Shown piece by piece: positions 37,737 to 50,802 of a stretch of DNA of 64,000 nucleotides. The stretch spans positions 1 through 64,000 of the forward strand of contig JBLWGC010000021.1 in NCBI GenBank assembly GCA_048772705.1, given 5' to 3'. The notes below the pieces were generated by a model that had not been told where the DNA came from, searched no databases, and saw nothing but the letters and a program-made list of their open reading frames with translations. Every line of letters begins with the position of its first letter. Position 1 is the stretch's first letter. This stretch comes from Leidyana gryllorum EB-2025a (lineage: Eukaryota > Protista > Apicomplexa). The position numbers and the translations under genes are program-made.

Positions 37737-40631
37737 ATGCAGCAACTGCGCCAAGCGCTTTGTGCTCCCTGTGAGGTTCTTACACCTCGTGACCCCGAGG
37801 CTACACCTTTACTCGCTGGAGACCGTCAGGGCTTCCAGCTCACTACCCATAATGCAGCTCGAAGAGAGATTGCCGTCGACTCTGGTGCGTTCTACACCAA
37901 TTTTCATCTTCCGAAACCGACATTATCAATGTCGCAGAGATCAGCCCCAAGCTGGATATGGAAACCTACAACGACTTTGATGTCTGCTACGTCTGGCCGG
38001 CCGATTCCGGCACCAAAAGCAAAGTCATGAAGCAAGCTCAAGTTGAGAAATTGCTGCTCCAAGTGTGTCGCGCGCGTGTTGGTAAAAGCGTGTCTGAGCT
38101 CAATCGCATTGATAAACTCCATCCTGTCTACGGGATCTCACGTGGCGACATCAGAGGTAATAATGGTCGTTTTATGGTCGCTGTGTACGCGTAAATCTGC
38201 CGCCTGCTCGACAGAGATGCAAGCGGCCGACTTTCGTCAACTCCTGCGTCGCATTTTTCTCCGCGTAATCGAGCATGTGGGTGCCACGACCACGCAAGAG
38301 CAAGGACGCGACAAGAATAAGAACATTTTCATCCGGGTAATGCTTTGTTGAACCCTTTTGTGACACACAACTTACGCGCGCGCGTGCATACAGGCCCGCT
38401 TGTCCGAAACAGGATGCCAAGTGATTGCGGACTACAAAGGCTATCCGTTGCAGATTGATCGGGAATGCACTCGATTCAAAGAATTCAAGTGAGTTCTCAC
38501 CCTGCGGTCGCTTTGGCCATTTTCTGCCTTCAGGAACGATCCCGAATTCGCTCCACCTTACATGGTGTACGAGCGTTCGATAGAGCTGTATCCTCGAGGA
38601 ACACAGCCGCCTCGTCAAATCTGGCAAAGATACGATCGGTTGAGCCGAAGGATCTACGGTACCCGAACGGGCGATGAAGAGGCATCAATTTTCCGTGACG
38701 TTGACCGCATCCGTCTGTTACGGATGGCGCTTTTTGAGTTCCTCAACATTGATTTGATGCTGAAGAACGGTTACATTTCGCAAGCGTTCGCGCTCAAACA
38801 GCCTGCTGTCGAAAAGGCTCTTGTGTCGCGATGGTGAGTCGGTACTGCCCTTTTCAGCGTGGATACGAAATATGCAGGGCCAATGTGAAGAGGATTTGGT
38901 CCTGGGAGCAGCCGATCGATGATGTGCGATCTTACTTTGGTGAGGAAGTCGCGATGTACTTCGCCTGGCTGGCTTTCTACGCGAAGGGTTTGATACTGCC
39001 GGCTGGTGCCGGCCTACTGACGATGCTGTTGGTGATGTTGTTCAAGAAACAAGACAAGCCTCGGCATTGGATCAATTTGGTTCGCGCTATCTACTGTATT
39101 AGTTTGGGTGTCTGGGGAGCTGTCTTCAATGCTCGTTGGAAGCGTCGAGAGGTGAGATGGATGCAGCGGCTCGATAAATAAAGTGCTATCAATCGCTTAG
39201 AATCTCTTGGCACTACGTTGGGGTGTGGAGCAGGCTAACATTAGCCGCACCGCTAAGGAGGAGTCGCCCTGGTTCAAACCTGACTCTTATGTTGTTGACC
39301 CCGCACGGCCAGACAAATTTGCCCGAAGCTTCTCACCCAACAAGAAACGGATCCGTCAGCTGCTGACAACAACGTTTCTCGTTGTTTCGACTGTGATAGT
39401 CGTCTTTTTGATCAACGATGATCTGAATGGTGGGCCTGAAATGTGTGACTGGGCTCTCTTCCTATCTATCGCTCCTGACAGGTATGGCGTACAAACTGCT
39501 GGTAGGCGGTGAGCACAACGGTCTGGAGAGTTGGTTTGTGAGTTTCTTCAACCCGTCGATGGCCTCCAAGGCAGCATACATTGCCTTCGCAACTTCTTTG
39601 GCGGTGAAAGGATACAATTCGGTGCGTCCAACAACAACAAGAGGCACTTATCATCTTCCCTTTGCAGCTCTGGAGCAGTCTTGTGTCCTGGCGCTTGGGA
39701 GAGTACGAGAATCACCAGTACCTCCAGGAGTACAATGACAGTGTTCACTTCAAGTTGTTCGTGTTCAAAGTGGCTAACTACTTTGCCACTTTGTACTACT
39801 TGGCATTTTTTAAGGTGAGTGGAGGGATGATGTGATAGATCAATGAATTTCTCGCTCGCAGAGCTCGTTGCAAGGCTGTTCGGGAAGCAATGGCAGTTGC
39901 ATTCCTGAGCTATCGAGTCAATTGAGATCTTTCTACATGTTGGATTTGCTCTCCACTGTGACGGGATTGATATCCCCATACGTCAGCTACAACATTGCTC
40001 GATTCCGAGCTAAACCTGAAGAGGGAATGCCAGCCTACCAATATCAATCATACCTCCAGGCATACGATGGGATGGGCTCTGCGGACTTTATGGACCGCAT
40101 CATCCAGTTTGGCTATACTGCTCTGTTCTCTGTGGCCTCACCTATCCTGCCGTTGCTTGGAATGTGCGTGAATATGGTGGAGCTGCGCACTGACGCCCTC
40201 AAACTATGCAAAGTTTACCAGCGACCTTTCCCGAGACAAGGTGAGGGTGCGATATATGGTACCGGAATCAAATTCGTTCCGTCGTTATGCAGCCGACAGC
40301 ATTGGCACTTGGGACGATCTCCAGAAGGCTATGACTTTCTTCGGTATCATTTCCAACGTTTTTCTGTGCTGTTTCGCCACTGTGGGCACCGAGCACTCCA
40401 CGAGCACACGGCTGACGGCCTGTTTGGTAAGACTGAGTTGTGTAAATAGATGTTTTGGTGTCGAACGTTCAGATCATGACACTATCGGCGCTGGCGCTCA
40501 AAGATTATGTGGAGTATAAGCTGCCAGGCGACAGTCCGCGCTACAGATTGATGAAGACGCGGATGCAAGTTGTCGACTATGAAGCCCTCTGGGGCGACAA
40601 GGAGATGGTGCACGTCAAGTCGGTGGAGTGA
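37737..40631 (+). CDS. Anoctamin/TMEM16 family channel or scramblase (multi-exon)
   Basis: QPIDDVRSYFGEEVAMYFAWL, WKRRE, DFMDRIIQFGYTALFSVASP, NMVELRTDALKLCKVYQRPFP, IGTW. Confidence 0.93.
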
Positions 40632-41106
40632 TCCTCCTCATTTTTCTTGTTCTTCTCGGACTTTGACTAACGAAACAACGGGGTTCGTGAGTCCCCTAAC
40701 TGACCTTTGATTGCCCAAATTAAATCTGAAACCTTTTGAATCTGGATTTCTGGAGAGCAGGAAGAGCGATCTGGCCCTTTGCTGCGCCTGGATGCTATTT
40801 TTAACTGACAGCGATATGTCCGCCCCTATTTTGACGAGCATAGTGCTGGGACCCCATAAGCCTCATACCGACACGGAGGATTGGTGGAAACAATTCTGTT
40901 GTTCCCAGTCATCTACAACAAAAGACGGAGATCTTCGAGTTACCTCCATCTCGAGAAGTAGCGAGAGACCAGCGCACATTAAGGAGTGGGAAGCTCTTTT
41001 GACAAAGGTGTCCGTTGGCCCGGTCGCATGAGGCATTGGGCGAGTGAAAGTGAAAGTTATAGATCACCAGTTTATATATGAATGACAGGAAAAAAGCCCT
41101 TAGCGA

Positions 41107-43546
41107 ATGAACCACACCATCAACTTAACTGCGACTACTGTGTTCGACAACAACAACAACAACAACAACAATAGACGGCCGAATGAGCCCTCTACTGCTC
41201 GGACGCAGCATCTACGGCCCCCGACAAATGGCAATCATCTGATTGGTCCATCTCCGGCCACTCCTGGCAATCAGAGCTCCAACTTGTGGCAGGAGCTCGG
41301 CCACCCTGCACCACAGAGACGCCTTGCCGCTGCCAGACTCTCGCCGGCCGCCCGACCGGAAGAAGATAATGTCGCGTGTTTCACCGCTGCTGTCCCAGCG
41401 AGGGGGGACCCGCAACAGCAACAGCAGCAGAGTGGACGCAGTCTTCCAACTGCGTTGAGGCCAGACGGCTCGGGGTCCCGATCACAGCAGCCGCGCCCAC
41501 ACCTGCGGGGCACTGCCCGCCCGCAGGCGCGGCCCTCGCAGTACACACACCCAAATACAACTACAGGTCCCAGGTTCGGAGGAGAAGATCAGTGGAGCCG
41601 GATACCCGAGGGGATGGCTCACAATTCTGTTAGACAGACACCCTCTCAGGTACCCCCCGGCCACACACAACGCGTCATCGACGCCGGCCCACCTCAACAG
41701 AACACTGCCGACTTACTCGAAGGTCTTGGCCACCTCATTGGCGGCTTATTCAATCTCTTCTCTGGTAACGGCCCCGATGGCGTCGATCGAAGTCCCTCTT
41801 CGCAAAGACGTCTAAACGAAATGCACGCGCGCCGCCATCAAGGTACCCCGTTTACTCCGCAAATTGCTGTTACTCCCGATAATGCCTCTCCGAGTGACAG
41901 ACATCCGGACGCTCACGTCCGCTTCAATTCCCAGGCGGGGAATCGCCCTCCGCCGCAATTCCATCGTGAATATCTGAGTCCTTCTCGCGGAGGGGGAGCG
42001 ACAAGAACCCCCAACCAATTACCACCAACATTTCCGTCACCCCACAATCACCTCAGTGCCACATCTCCCCACGGGATACGAACGCCCCCTTATTCGTCGC
42101 TTCGGACCCCCTCTGGTGATGGCCACTTCATGAGAAGCCCAACTACTCCCACTACCGCTCACTCGACACCTCCTCCAACCATTGTCTCTGTCCCGTACCG
42201 CAGACGAGAGAGTTCTCTTGATCTCACCAAGATTGATACGCTCCCTTTCCGCGTCGGGCGCGCCCGAGTGAACGAGGCGATCATGCGAGTCCCAATGCTG
42301 CCCAAACAAGCGGCCATCTACAACGCTCTCAAAATGCAGATCACCACTGATTTCGGTGCCGCAAGCAGACAATCCCCACCAGATGCTCAAGAGGCCCTCA
42401 AATGTTTGGTAGAACTTCGATTAGCTGCCAATTCCGAAGGTCTATTGTCATCGGAGACCAAAAGAAGGTTAAAGTCCAGAGTTGCGCAGAGCACAGTGTT
42501 GCAGCGCGCTCTTCCGGGTTTCGAGGAACTCTTCAACGAACAGGAAGGAGGAGTCGATGACGATGATACCTGCTCCGTGTGTTTAGATAGCGGAGTCGAG
42601 GTTTTGACACCCTGTCACCACAAGTTTCATCAATCCTGTATAGACGGCTGGCTGTCGATGAACCGTCAGACCTGTCCCATGTGCCGAGTACCACTGAGAA
42701 GGTCTGATCTCAAGCCATCGACAGTCAAGGACGACTATATTGAGAAGCTTGCAAATTTAAATCGCACTGTCCTGATGAGGCTGGACAGTGACAAGACCAC
42801 CGAAATCTTAAGTCACAAACTGACCACTGTAATGGAACTGCTTATGCAACAAACACAACGCAAAAGCGTCGTGTTCTCTCGCTATCGTCCTGTGAGTTTC
42901 GATCGATCATAATGTTTGGCGCACACGTGTGTGGTTGGTGGCGTGGGTCTTCTGCCTTATGGAGCTGATGGTGTTGGGCTCAATATTTGCGCGCTTTGGA
43001 ATTGAATAAATGCTGTGTGGCGTTGAGGTGTGTTACATGGCGATTGGTGTTAGTTTAGATCGTAATCTGGTTTTTGTTGACGACTCGGCTATGTATCAGA
43101 TGCTGATTTCCATGGCCGCGTTGCTCGAAGTACTGCAAATTCCGTACTACTGGTTATTGACACGTATGGTGAGGGTGCCAGGGAACGCGGTAATTGTCTG
43201 AGAGCGGTATTTTGTGTTGGCAGGATGCCCGAGAAGCCGGAGCACAGATCCGAGGGTTCATAGAATTTCCTGATCCGCAGGCCGTGCTGCTGGCGATGCC
43301 GATGGCGGCGTCGAACAAGTTTGTAAGAGTCCAGAGCGGTTGTTGAGCGGCAGAATTGGGTTTTAGGCGCTGACGTGTGTGAAAACGGTGATATGTATGG
43401 ATCCTTGGAGGGATTCGGACGCGGACAAGGTGGCTTTGGGGATGGTATTGAGGCAAGGACAGGCTGGAGTGATAGATGTGTACAAGCTAGTTTCGAAGGA
43501 TACACTGGAGGAGAAGATAGTATGTGAGGATCACATAAAGGAGTAA
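41107..43546 (+). CDS. RING-finger protein with a degenerate SNF2/Rad5-16-type helicase C-terminal domain
   Basis: RING CSVC..PCHHKFHQSCIDGWL..CPMCR, then SHKLTTVMELL..KSVVFSRY. In-frame introns at 42892-43099, 43169-43223 and 43323-43366 add ..VICMDPWR..RQGQAGVIDVYKLVSKDTLEEKI. Confidence 0.8.
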
Positions 43547-43653
43547 GTTTTGAGGAGAAGGGGGGTGTATGTTGTATATGTTTGATAGCACGAATGAGAT
43601 GACTGTAGATGTTCTTGCTAGCCGTCTAATCACTAGCTGATGGTTTTTTTGGG

Positions 43654-46176
43654 ATGGCATCTGAGATAAGTCTGCCGCCTCTGGTCATCCAGACGTGTTC
43701 ATGGTTATGTCGGGACCATGGAGGTCTGACGGGTATTTTACCGCGGAGTTACGATTGGGGGTTGGAGCACGAGAGTGTGGATGTACTGGAGCCGGAGAAT
43801 GCGAAGGACTGGACGTTACTGGAGTGTTTATTCCAGTGCGCTCGTCGTTCGGGTATTGAGGATGTGCTCATCAGCATTGGACTGGATGAGAGCAGCGGCG
43901 CTCCTTCGTCGCTGCGGTCACTTATAGACCGATTGGTGGCCTCAAAGAAGGGCGGCACCAAAGGGTTGCGTGTTCAGTTTGTGGACATCCGTCCCGATGT
44001 GGTGCGAACGCAGGGAGAATTCATGAGATATCTCCACTCCACCATTGGAGCGTCCGGTGTATTGAGTAAAGGTTTCTTTTACTCCCCGTTGACGACTCAC
44101 GTGTTGGGGGCCTCAAAGGACTTTTCGACTTTGCTCGACTTTCATCGCTCGTGTTCCAAGAAGGCTCCGGCTATTCTGTCTTTCTGGCCGTACCGTGCGA
44201 ACCCCAAATCGGCTGCGTTCGCCGGAAGCCACCGCGACGTGCTGGTGACCGACGCCAAGACAGCTGAGCTGTTGAGTTTGGTTCAGATCAATAGCTACGA
44301 GGTCGACAGTATCGATTGGAGTGCAAAGATTGACATGCAGAACGAGAGATGGAGCCCTCCCCCAGAGTCCATCAGTGTTCGGAGTGATCTTCAGATCCTC
44401 GACAGTTTCTTCTTTGCGTCCGCAGAGTTTCTCAACGTGTGTACGGAGAACTTTGACCATCAGACAATCCGTGAAGTCGTCGAGAATATTATAACTTCTG
44501 AAGTCAAACTCCACACTGTGGCCATTTACGACAAACATTTGCCCTCTTTCAAGAAATCCGCCGAGTACTCTTCCAACATCTGCACCGCTTACAGCGGAAT
44601 ATCGCTCGCGACTCCCCGGAATTTGTGGCAGTTCTGCATCTCAGAGTCAGAAATCAACTCTGACGCGGTCTACATGAAGGGCAAATCACCTCACTGGAGA
44701 AAGTATGACAACAATGCCGCTCGAATCCCCGAGCCAGACTCCCCTCAGCTCTCTAAAACCCGACAACCCAAACCCCCAACGTCCGCCTGTGTCGTCCACG
44801 ATACCGTCCGCTTCCCGGAAGACCCATCGGACAACAGCCCAATGGACATCAAACTCGACAATGTCCTCATTATGGCCAAAGCCAAACTCGGCAAATCCAT
44901 CACTCTCACAGACTCTGTCATTGGACCGTAAGTCTCTTTGCCCAATTTCTCTCCATCTCTCTCTCTCTCTCAGGAATACTGGTTTGGGAGACGGCGTCTC
45001 CTTGAGTCGGGTCATTGTATCGGGCGGAGTGCGTATCCCATCCGGTCTCCAACTCAACGGTCCCGCTTTCATCTGTCGCAAAGACGCCATTTTCGGCGAT
45101 GGGTCTCTGGAAGACACTATTTGGGTTCAGAGCTCCGCCATCACTCCCACTGCGTCCTGCAACTACGTCTGCTTGGTGCCCAAGACCGACCTGTCGGCCG
45201 AGACACTCAAAGCGCTGACTCTCGACCTGTTCCCCAACGTGGCCTATTTGACAGCCGTCAAGGTGAGTGGAAGAGTCATATTTGGTCGCTCTAAGATGAT
45301 CGATGTTCCCCCCTTTCCACACAGCCGCTCGTCAACGACGCCTCATTGGACCCCGACACATTGTTGGACGCTCTGTTCGACGAGTCCACCGGTCTGGAGG
45401 CCGGCCAGGCAGGCTCGAGCGAGATTGACGATCGGCAGCGCGACACCAATGTGGAGTCGATCTCGCATGGATCTGACGGCAGCTCAGAGGGCGAAGCCGA
45501 TAACGATGACGAGTTTGCTGAAGAAGTTCAGGGGATGTTACTGACTGTCATCAATGACAAGAGGACTATCGGCAACATGCAGCTCGAGTTGAGAAACTAT
45601 CGTCTGGGAGCTATGAAGAGAGACGTCGATGTTCTCACAGCCATATTACCGCTGGTGTTCGCCAAAACGTTCACCTGTCTCACCAATTATGTCAACGTAA
45701 GACTTGGCGGGCCATATCACACATTCTGCTTCTCCTCTGGGCAACAGGTGAACCAAAAGTTTGTCAAAGAGAACGGACTGTTGAGTTTGGTGCGGGATTT
45801 CTTGGAGTCCGGCCAACAGTCGAGCTACAATCTGTATTACGACGCGCTGTTGGATTTTGTCAATCGGTCCGATATGATCGATGTCAACAGTGACTCCAAC
45901 GTGGACGATCCCATTCGCACCATACCCAAGTCAAAGTATCCGTCTGCCTGTAACGTGGGACCCGACGAACTCTTCGTCCGTATCACGTGTGCCTTTGGAG
46001 AACTGAGTCACGCTACTTATCTCCCGGCCTGGGCTGAGGCTAAACGCGCTGAGGCTCCGCGAGTCCTCCAAACGCCACATATGGAACGCTATCTCGCCTT
46101 CTTGGAGGAATCAGATGACGAGGAGTCCGATGAAGACGACGACGATTCTTCCTCTTCTTCGTGCACTTCCGATTAG
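43654..46176 (+). CDS. Translation initiation factor eIF2B subunit epsilon-like (GCD6)
   Basis: NT-like N-terminal domain with SVRSDL..CTENFD (NF motif), short beta-helix-like segment, acidic linker, W2-like MQLELRNYRL, and FLEESDDEESDED tail. Confidence 0.72.
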
Positions 46177-46226
46177 TCACAGAAACTCGTTTGCGTGCGC
46201 GTGTGTGCGGGCACGTGTGTGTCTGT

Positions 46227-46790
46227 TTACTCTTCTTCTTTGGCGGCTGCTGTTATGGGTGGCTCTTGTTCTTCTAGGGTTAGAGGCGCGTCTTTGTCCT
46301 CCTTGGCGGCCGTTTTGGACGCTGCGAGTTTCTCTCGTTGTGCCTTGGCTCTCTGGATGCGTTCGGCTACGCCTTTGCGGTCCAACTTGGCAACTCGCAT
46401 TGTCATCCCTCGGGCAGCGTTATGTTTCTTGCCATTTATATGATCCAAGTAGCTTTGGCTGTCGGTCAGAACACAATTACAAAGCTCGCACGTGAATCCT
46501 CTGCGCGTCTCTGTGGCTTCCACAGTCTTTCTCTCACCGATGCGGCGTTCCAGATTCAGCTCTCCACTGCGAGCCTTTAGGTACTCTTTAGGGGTCTCGC
46601 CTGCCAGGAGCTTCCGACGCTTAGCGGGTTTGGTGGGATCTTCTTCTGCGGCAGCAGGCGTCTCCTCGATGCCCATTGCGCGGGCAGCCGCCCTCTGCAG
46701 ATACACTGTCTTGTCCCAGACCTGTCTACCCATGTCATCGGTCTTGACGCCCGCGCCCGCACCGGCGGCGTCATTGTTCTTCCGCTTCAT
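46227..46790 (-). CDS. ZMAT2: U1-type zinc finger spliceosomal protein ZMAT2/Snu23
   Basis: RQVWDK, LKARSGELNLE, GFTCELCNCVLTDSQSYLDHINGKKH..GMTMRV. Confidence 0.9.
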   Translation of the reverse strand: MKRKNNDAAGAGAGVKTDDMGRQVWDKTVYLQRAAARAMGIEETPAAAEEDPTKPAKRRKLLAGETPKEYLKARSGELNLERRIGERKTVEATETRRGFTCELCNCVLTDSQSYLDHINGKKHNAARGMTMRVAKLDRKGVAERIQRAKAQREKLAASKTAAKEDKDAPLTLEEQEPPITAAAKEEE

Positions 46791-46814
46791 TGGACTTATT
46801 GGGAGTCCAAAAAT

Positions 46815-49234
46815 TTACCACCCATGCAACTCCTCCTTAGTTTTCCTCAACGCATCCAACAGATTAGGAGGCGTCACGATGGATGTGGACCCTGAATGAG
46901 AGGCAGAAGGAGAGTACTGACGCGCTTGCGGGCGTAGCCTACCTATGTATACATCAGCTCCGCTGCTACGCGACACGTCGTAGGCGGATCGGATCTCAGC
47001 AAAGGTCATTCCACCGATCACAAAGACGATCAGACGTTTACGTCTCCCCTGACCTCCACTGAATATAGCGTCAGTCATCTTTTCTCTGCCGCCCTTCTTT
47101 CCCGACTTTTCTCCTTCATTGCCAGAAGTCCAATTCCAATCGAATTTTGTCGCCCGAACCCGTCCGTTTCGACCCCCTTCTTCACTGTACGCCGCCACTA
47201 TTCGGCCCTGCCGATCGGGCTCGGACACATATGTGAACCGATTGTTCAATTTATTTGCCACGGCCAACTCCATCACGTCCTTGACAACCGGTTCGTACCG
47301 ATCGGTCTCGTACTCGGACTCTCGCGCCTTGCGTTTGTAGAAGGTGTATCGCTCCTTCTGAGAGTCAGAGTGCAGCACATGGGTGTGCACGACCGTCGCC
47401 CCGGCAGTCTTGGCGGCCTCCACGTCGGCCTGAACGTGCAGACCCACTGTTGGCAACGAGAGAATGGGATGAACTTTCTTTTCACTAAACAACAACTTAC
47501 GGTTGAGGAAATTGTGCACCGCATTGATGCTGTCCAAACTCAGACCCGCGAGGTTGATCATCTGAAAAATGAGGATCACACGGAGGAGGACGGGGCATTG
47601 GGAGGATCACACACAGAGACCGTTAAAGGCTCACCTTCTTTCTCTCGTCCTCGTGGACACCCAACATGTTGACAAAGTAGAGTAAGAGTAGTCGGGCGCG
47701 TTCAGCGGTTTTGACTCCGCTCTTTTCGGCCACCAGTTTGCCCAGAGTACTCAAACAGGACATCACTTGGACCCCTTTGCCCTCTTTGTCGACACCGGTG
47801 GCCAAGTCCTGTTCCAGAGTGCCGCCCGCAAAGACTCCGTGTTCCTTGAGAGACTTCATACAGCAGTCAGTGAGAGTGAGATGGGCCCAAAACTTGAGCA
47901 GCATCTCTTTGTACTGTGGGAGCTGCCGGATAGCGTTGGCAATATCGCGATCCGATGTATTACTGCCCCCAGCCGCCCGAGCGGCTGCGTACTGCGCCGC
48001 GGCGTTGTCTTTGCTAAAGTGACGGAGCTCTTCCGCCACCTTGCGACTGACAGTGGTGATGTGCTGATGGCGGTATTTCACGAACAGATCGTCCTGCTCC
48101 CCCAACAACACTGTCTGCACTTCCTGACTGTCCAGCAGCCTGCGCGAAAGGGATCGGAATCATTTCGCGCACCGGAAGGGCGACTCACTGATAGGTGTCA
48201 TCAGGCGGCAGATCGTCCCCCGCCTTCTCGCGCACATCCATCGGTGTGCAGCAGGGGATGTGGAGGACGTCGTAGCAGAGGGCCTGATAGGTGTACTCGT
48301 GGACTAAGAGGCCCGAGACGTCGATGGACCGGTCAACGATGAGCAATTCCGTGTCGCCAGATAACGACATACCCTGGCAGACACTGTCTTGGGAAGCGCG
48401 AGGCAAAACGATTTTACCTGAGGACTGGCCTCTTTGAGGTACGACTCGAGTTGGGTCGCTAGAGATTCGCAGAGACCGCGCTCACTCTGGTGGAACCTAA
48501 TTTTCGGCCGCTCGCCCAAAGTGATACAGGCGGTGGCCAGTCGCACTGTCATCTCTCTCAATGTCGCAGCTTTCTCTGAATTGTTGTCTCCGGGAAACAG
48601 TTTGAAGAGGGCGTTGGGCATATCCAAATGGAACGCTCGCGACTCATAAGCGACAAAGTGAAGGTTAAAGTCAACCACAGACTTGATGCGAGGAAGGATC
48701 GGATTCGCATTGGCAATTATTTTCAAAACCTCCGGGTTAGCCGCAACCGAAGTGGACCAAAATATGAATGCATTGCGGTACTGAGGTTTCTTGTCCAACT
48801 TGAAATCCTTCACAAGGAGCTCTGCGGACTCGTTGGTCGGAGTCAAAAAATAGATTGCGTCCAGATTCGGCAACGCCTGACGACTTTTACTGATCAGCTC
48901 GACCACTGAAGGCAAACTTCAAGTCAAAGAGCGGTCGCTGCCCAACTCGGCCTCACCAGCTACACCCGCGTCCAAAGCGTCATACACCTTGGAACATGAG
49001 GATAACACTCGCAACGTCTTGTCGTCGGTAATAAGTGCGCAATAAGCGGCTGCAGACGCGAATTTGATGTCTGGCGAATAATACTCACTTTCTTCCGAGC
49101 GTCTGGGGCCAGTCATAGCCGCTATGGCCCGCCGGGTTTGACCGAACATTTGTTCGATCACCCCTAACACACATCATAGAGACGGCCCTCAAGGCACTTT
49201 GCTCACTTTCACTGCAGATTTCTCGCAAAGACAT
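46815..49234 (-). CDS. Sec1/Munc18 (SM) family protein (multi-exon)
   Basis: MSLREICSE start, RQALPNLDAIYFLTP, LLIVDRSID..LVHEYTYQA, LPQYKE, EQDLATGVD, RLIVFVIGGMTFAEIRSAY. Confidence 0.93.
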
Positions 49235-49289
49235 TCTCCTCAACCTGCTTCAGACTTGACCATAAATATATTGGATGCGTTGCTGTTTT

Positions 49290-50635
49290 TTATATGTACA
49301 GTGGTTCGCTCTGGAGGTGCACTATTTCCTTCACCTGAGAGCATGTGATTGCAACAAACCCAACACGACCGCTACCTACGTAATACGGCAGTTCTGGTAT
49401 TGAAGGCCGGTATTCTACCGCCATACTGCTAACCAATTCTCGTGGCTCACTCTCAGAACCCGTCGCAACCCATCCATCCGGCGTTTTTGCAAACGCGACT
49501 TCGCGGAAGCTCAATTGAAATAGAAAGGAAGGGAAAGGCACTTTCCCCAAACTCGTCTTTTGATCTCCCCGGCTCAGATCACGCTGAAGCTCCTTGGGAA
49601 AATGCGTGCCTGAACGAAGTCGAGCTTTACTATATATATCAAAACAGTCACGAATGCTACCTTTCCACTCAACCTTCAGTACTCCCAATAATCGCTGTGT
49701 ACCTTCGCATGTAGGCCCAAACGTCTCTTTGGGTGCGTCCACGGCAGATCGGAAGGTCGCGCGAGCAGACTCAGAACAGTGCTGGAGAGGGAGACAAACT
49801 TGTCAACGCGCACACGCGCGATCAACCAAAATACACAAACCTACCCGCGTTAACCAACGCTGACTCCATTTCTGGTCTTGCGCGTTTACAGCCAACAAGA
49901 GCACCTTCAGGAACTCGTTTTCGAACCCAGTCAGAAAGTCGGAAAGTAGGAACTCGCGATTGTTGGTTTGTCGGAGCCACTTTAGCGCCAAGTAGGTCGG
50001 ATTACGATGCAACAATGGGCCCAGGAATGGTGTGCCTGCACGCGATGCATCAATTACTTAGTCGCCAGGAATCGTTATTTAGCGCGCGCACGCACACACA
50101 CTCGTCACGTAACGGTGTCGAGTAGTTGCTTACCGAGGGCCAATTGGTGTGCCGTGCGAATATAGTCTCTGCATTGTAGCCGGAACCGTTTGATTAGTGA
50201 CAGAGGAGAGGGGACAAGCCAGTCAATGTTTGACACCAGTATTTCTTGTTGCGCTTGGTCGGTAGCTCTGGCCAGCCTCCGTCGACGGGCGGTGGCCAGG
50301 GAGTCGGAGCCCCAGTTTGTTAGCTTGAGGGTGTAATTAGCGACTTTACGTCCGTAGCCGAGTGCCGAGTCGACAATATTAAAAGCCGGGAGCTGTATTG
50401 AAGATGGCTCATACTGAGCTCTAAAGGCCAAACAGCGGTCAGCGGCTCGGAGAAATAGGGAGTCCAGCGCTTTATCACACATCCGAATTCCATACAGCGG
50501 CTGACGAGTTAGGACTTCTTCAACTGCTTGAGGTACTCTGCGGTCTTGGGCCATTTTGGCCCGCCACTCCTCGCGGAAGTGTAACCTCCATGTGGTACCG
50601 AAGTGCCGAGACTGAGCTGACACTGGTAGCGGCAT
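49290..50635 (-). CDS. Tim44-like mitochondrial import protein (spliced; start uncertain)
   Basis: Introns 50036-50133 and 49782-49844 join the ORFs. EFLLSDFLTGFENEFLKVLLLAVNAQD..WLTRHCSESA and FREVAFAKTPDGWVATGSESEP..MAV resemble the Tim44 C-terminal domain. Confidence 0.6.
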
Positions 50636-50802
50636 GGCTGCCAAAACGCATGGCAAAAAAAAGGTCGGGGATGAAGGCTGAGCGGTGGTGTTGGATGTGT
50701 GGAGTCAATCAATCATCCAAAGACGCGTCAAATTTTGGCGCAGGTGGGGCATGATCGAGCAGCAGCGGAGACGAAAGCGGCGGAAGAGCTCAATTACCAC
50801 TA

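Noticed and set aside
40816-41031. Possible 71-aa plus-strand microprotein (MSAPILTSIVLG...)
   Set aside because: No recognisable motif or splice evidence; could be UTR of the RING gene.
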